Below, one piece after another: positions 60,642 through 64,000 of a stretch of DNA of 64,000 bases (the first letter of the stretch is position 1; each line of letters starts with the position of its first letter). Where the stretch lies: positions 1 through 64,000 of IMG/VR virus record IMGVR_UViG_3300046665_000305; one strand, 5' to 3'. This DNA comes from an uncultured virus (IMG/VR IMGVR_UViG_3300046665_000305). Its lineage: Duplodnaviria; Heunggongvirae; Uroviricota; Caudoviricetes. Position numbers and translations under genes: made by a program. The notes below the pieces were generated by a model, which was given only the letters and a program-made list of their open reading frames with translations, did not search any database and was not told where the DNA came from.

Positions 60642-60790
60642 TGCCGAAAGGCTACGAGTAACGCCGGTTCAATTCCGGCTCGCTAATCGAGGTTTGGTAA
60701 GGAAAAGTAGGGTTCAAGTCCCTACCGAAGCGGCACATGCCGCAGGACCGGACGGTTCCGGGGATTTGGCAGTCTGGAAAGACAGACACA
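60642..60790 (+). ncRNA. structured RNA with two T-loop hairpins
   Basis: GCCGG-TTCAATT-CCGGC and GTAGGG-TTCAAGT-CCCTAC, enclosed by TGCCG/CGGCA; further hairpins CCGGA-CGGT-TCCGG and GTCTG-GAAAGA-CAGAC. Confidence 0.6.
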
Positions 60791-60793
60791 TTG

Positions 60794-61017
60794 CCGGGGT
60801 TAGCTCAGCTGGTAGAGCACTGTGAGCCTGATTCATTTCGACTGGCTTGATCACCGATAGAAGTGAATTGAACCTGAGATGAGTCGATAACATGAAAGGA
60901 ATGAAGTAATGAGAGTAATTAACTCAAGAACCGGCCCAAGTAATGTTGGAGATGATTTGAAGGGGATAAGGGGTGAAACTACAGGTGTCGGGGGTTCGAA
61001 TCCTTCACCTCGGACCA
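60794..61017 (+). ncRNA. tRNA-like RNA 2 with a 155-nt insert replacing the anticodon loop
   Basis: Acceptor CCGGGGT/ACCTCGG, A73, CCA; TA-GCTC-AGCTGGTA-GAGC; AC stem CTGTG/TACAG; T arm GGGGG-TTCGAAT-CCTTC. Confidence 0.85.
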
Positions 61018-61031
61018 TTCTTCCTCCATTA

Positions 61032-61526
61032 ATGGAGGGAAGAACTAATTTACAAGCAACGAACACGCCGTCATGGCTCGCCGCCGATATGGCAGCGCTT
61101 GCGGATATCATAATTCATGACAGGGTACTTGAACCTAGCGCTGGAACTGGCGCTATCGTGGAAGCTGTTAGTGTCTACGCTCAAAACATCACGGCGATAG
61201 AGCTTAACAAGCCTATGTTCGCTGAATTGGTGGAATCATATCCGTCTGTGGAATGTCTGAACACCAATTTCCTGAGATATAGTTTTGACAATCTGTTCGA
61301 CCGCGTCGTCATGAATCCGCCGCACAAGAATTGTGTCGAGCATGTCAGACATGCGGCGGACCAACTTGCAGAAGGTGGCCGTCTCGTCGCCCTGCTCCAT
61401 GCAACTTACTGTGACGAAATTTGTAAGATTCTCCCTGATGTAAGATTTTATCATTTACCTCGCGAAACGTTTGTGATAGGAGATAACTACATCGAAGCAG
61501 TTATCGCGGTTTGGGACAAAATTTAA
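61032..61526 (+). CDS. class I SAM-dependent (N6-adenine-type) methyltransferase
   Basis: TP, VLEPSAGTG.I, AIE, FDRVVMNPPH; start placed after the tRNA-like gene. Confidence 0.8.
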   Translation: MEGRTNLQATNTPSWLAADMAALADIIIHDRVLEPSAGTGAIVEAVSVYAQNITAIELNKPMFAELVESYPSVECLNTNFLRYSFDNLFDRVVMNPPHKNCVEHVRHAADQLAEGGRLVALLHATYCDEICKILPDVRFYHLPRETFVIGDNYIEAVIAVWDKI

Positions 61527-61710
61527 AGGAGGTTGATATGACGATGATTTCGTTCAAGTGCTATCTTAATGATGGCAATTCTTTCTCAGTTGCATTACCT
61601 GTTGTTCCTCAGACAGGAAACACTTTCTTTAAAAACAATGTTCGATATAAGGTCGTTGATGTTGTTTTTGAGCACGACGATCCCGAAATTCAGCTATATG
61701 TCGAACTATC

Positions 61711-62184
61711 ATGAAAATCATCTGGAACCGTGCCGGTGGCCTTCCCGAATGTCCATATTTCCGGCTATGGGCCGTCCTGTTCAAGAAGTGGAGCGTTAGG
61801 CTTCACCAATGGCTCGGAGATGACGATCACCGTCATCCACACAATCATCCTTATTGGTTCGTTACTGTCGTGCTACGAGGCGGCTATGACGATGTGACAT
61901 ACGAAACGATTGACAACGCTGTTCTGGTAAAAGACGTTGAACGGATGCGGGCCGGAATGATTCGGTTTAGGCCAGCCGATCACATGCATTCGGTTCAAAA
62001 CGTCAGACCTAATACGTGGACCTTTCTCATCACTGGTGCTCCAATGTTTCGTTGGGGATTCCTTGTCAAGGGGAAAATCATTAAGAGAGATAAATATTTC
62101 GCGGTGCACGGTCATCATCCTTGCGATGGAACGGGCGAGGGAGTTAGGCTGAAGCCGGATGGGACAAGGATTAGTGATGCTTAA
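61711..62184 (+). CDS. cupin-like protein
   Basis: RLH...DD.RHPHNHP..F...VL.GGY, H.H.V, WGF. Confidence 0.65.
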   Translation: MKIIWNRAGGLPECPYFRLWAVLFKKWSVRLHQWLGDDDHRHPHNHPYWFVTVVLRGGYDDVTYETIDNAVLVKDVERMRAGMIRFRPADHMHSVQNVRPNTWTFLITGAPMFRWGFLVKGKIIKRDKYFAVHGHHPCDGTGEGVRLKPDGTRISDA

Positions 62185-62664
62185 CACCAAAAATGTCAGG
62201 AAATTCATCGCGATTCGCAACAAGGCGAGGCTACATTCGAATCTCCAATTCAGCATTGATCTGAGAGCGGCGGGGCTAGAGATGGCCGACCTAGGCAAAC
62301 CAGTCGTGACAGGGATAGGCAACTATGAATGGAACCTTGGTAGGATAGGAACGTTGGTTGAGTGTAACGGTCACATGAGCTTGGAGTAGCAGAAGGAGAC
62401 ACGCTATGGATGAATATGTCACCGTACCTGAGATGGTTGAGGCCGTCTACGAGGAGGGACGCGACAACTCATTCGGGAGCTTTACTCGTATCGAAGTTGT
62501 GAACGGTTGTATAATTGAGCTTCATGAGGATCGCGGCGAGTTCGTGATTTGGGAAGAAGTGGATCAATTCGTGGTCACTGCTAAGCATATTAACAGGCTT
62601 GGTATTGGTGATACATTGGTCGAAGCGGTGCGAGACGCGTTAAGCAAAGCATGACAGAAAGTGA

Positions 62665-62706
62665 TTGACTTGGACTCTAAATCGCGTCATAGTGATTTAG
62701 AGTTCA
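62665..62706 (+). promoter_or_regulatory. promoter with the -10 inside a 15-bp imperfect inverted repeat
   Basis: TTGACT-N17-CATAGT; TGGACTCTAAATCGC/GTGATTTAGAGTTCA. Confidence 0.65.
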
Positions 62707-63109
62707 TTTAGTTTAAAGGAAAAATTTAATGTTTAGAGAGCTTGGTTTTGATATTTTGACTGTGGCGCTAACAATTTTATCTCTGTGGATATTCTCTTGG
62801 GTTCACAAAAATTATGCGCCAGAAATCAGTGTTACCGATTTTGCGGCGATAAGTGCGCTAATTTTTGGCATCAGAAATTTGTTTGAGAGGTCTTAATTAC
62901 ATGACAGTTACAATTCTCCAATTCATCGCTCTGGCCTGTCTCGCCACGAAATACTTCCTGTTTTACAGCGTTGCTAGGACTAGAAACGACTTACTGGCGC
63001 AAGGTCGAGACATAACTGCGGCAGAGAAATTTTATTTTATCACAGCGTTTCTTGGCCTAACCGTGACATGGCTGGCTGTCATGACGTATATTATTTGGGG
63101 GATGTGACT

Positions 63110-63514
63110 ATGGAAATGCACGTCTCAGATTTAAAAACTGACGGCTTCGCCATGACAGGGGAGCGCTACCTAGGCATGACGGTTATTGCTTATTACGCCG
63201 TGGAGGACATTGAGGGCGTGGGTGAAACATATCGTTTCGCCTCGCATTGGAGCACGCTACCAGAACATCGTAATCCTGTCAGGCTTTTTGATGAGTACCA
63301 AATCAAAGATATCAGGAACTTGCGACACATTCTTAACGAGATGGGCTATGCCATTGTCCCGCTTGAGCCGAGTGAAACAAAAATTAATAAAATGAATGAT
63401 GCGTATTGGCGGAAGCGGAGCGATATCATGTCTCAGTCTCCGACAGAAGAGCCGAGCGCGGGAGGCGGACCAATGGGTTATGCCTATAGAGCTATGATCA
63501 GTGAAGGAGAATAA
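63110..63514 (+). CDS. hypothetical protein
   Basis: ORF with G...VP.EP ... Y.AM motif; probable start MEMHVS. Confidence 0.55.
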   Translation: MEMHVSDLKTDGFAMTGERYLGMTVIAYYAVEDIEGVGETYRFASHWSTLPEHRNPVRLFDEYQIKDIRNLRHILNEMGYAIVPLEPSETKINKMNDAYWRKRSDIMSQSPTEEPSAGGGPMGYAYRAMISEGE

Positions 63515-64000
63515 TAGTGTATAAATTTCCAGTGTTTGTTGATGAGAAGGGGAATCGTTTCATCTTTCCCGGATTGTATACCTCTGACATAGATGGACGT
63601 AGCGCGACATGGAGCTACTGTCTCCAACTCGAAATCGCTCTGAAAGTTAAAAAGGAAGAAGAAACTTTTGATGTGGTTCCCGGTATCGGCTATTCCTATG
63701 TCCGATCAGAAGCCACGAGCCCTAGCTTCGCGCATGGCGGTGACATAGTCCATCTCATCGGCGGGCCGCTGTTTGACGAAGTCTCTAGGGAGTGCGACGC
63801 GAGTGAACAGTAATTTTGGTTATTATCCCGGTAGCGTGGCACAAAAATTTAATGGTTTAAAAATTTACTATACCGAAGCAGCGCAGCAACCAACTTGGGT
63901 GAGAAATTTTCCATATTCTAAACACCGAAGTAAGCGTATTTTTAAAAAATTAATAAAGAGATATGGCTCTGAATTTGTTATGGAGGCTTGCATTTTCTAT

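Noticed and set aside
60742..60763. SRP RNA S-domain-like CAGGACCGGACGGT
   Set aside because: It lacks the GNRA loop and the AGCAG strand
60445..60979. Inserts as hammerhead ribozymes (CUGA...GAAA)
   Set aside because: The core requires CUGAnGA; here CUGA is followed by UUU or UUC, and I find no stem III/NUH arrangement
60445..60979. Inserts as canonical group I tRNA introns
   Set aside because: At about 155 nt they are shorter than typical compact group I introns, I see no P7-type motifs, and splicing at CCU/G would leave 8- and 9-nt loops without U33. An Infernal search is still needed to exclude this formally
60389..61017. Standard tmRNA or ordinary tRNAs with an assignable anticodon
   Set aside because: Full D stems are present, there is no G3:U70 in a GGGG acceptor context, no evident tag frame and no 7-nt anticodon loop
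60589..61111. ORFs 60589..60825, 60851..61111 and the first 41 codons of 60909..61526
   Set aside because: They overlap the structured RNA genes and are probably spurious frames
1..64000. CRISPR array, IS element, rRNA or virion structural genes
   Set aside because: I saw no regularly spaced direct repeats, transposase motifs, rRNA signatures or capsid/tail motifs by eye

Overview
This is a gene-dense segment of a large dsDNA bacteriophage genome, an early/accessory region with no capsid or tail genes. An alphaproteobacterial host is a weak inference from recurrent (C)TTGAC-N17-(T/C)A promoters. Genes run mainly on the minus strand to about 44.4 kb (apart from a small plus-strand island at 19.7-20.8 kb) and on the plus strand after that. 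Recognisable genes include rIIA/rIIB, an ATP-dependent DNA ligase, a 1 kaa primase-helicase, a tyrosine recombinase, two DNA methyltransferases, HNH nucleases and an NAD+ salvage set (NAMPT, NadM-Nudix, NadR, PnuC). There is also an unusually large RNA-repair and translation-rescue set: three RNA ligases, a kinase, phosphatases, a cyclic-phosphate receiver domain, an ATP-grasp protein, PTH2-like, YqeY, an aaRS-core paralog and a ppGpp-hydrolase-like HD protein. The most striking observation is a non-coding cluster at 60.3-61.0 kb. It holds two CCA-ended tRNA-like genes whose anticodon loops are each replaced by a structured insert of almost identical length (156 and 155 nt) with shared terminal motifs, and they flank a double-T-loop RNA. 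Other candidates are an RNAP alpha-CTD-like protein, a MotA/TolQ-like membrane trio, a coiled-coil/half-inactive ClpB/membrane trio, paired W-x-x-S-S..C peptides upstream of a nucleotidyltransferase, a tandem lipoprotein array, and promoters embedded in hairpins. All family assignments come from recognising motifs by eye; no searches were run.
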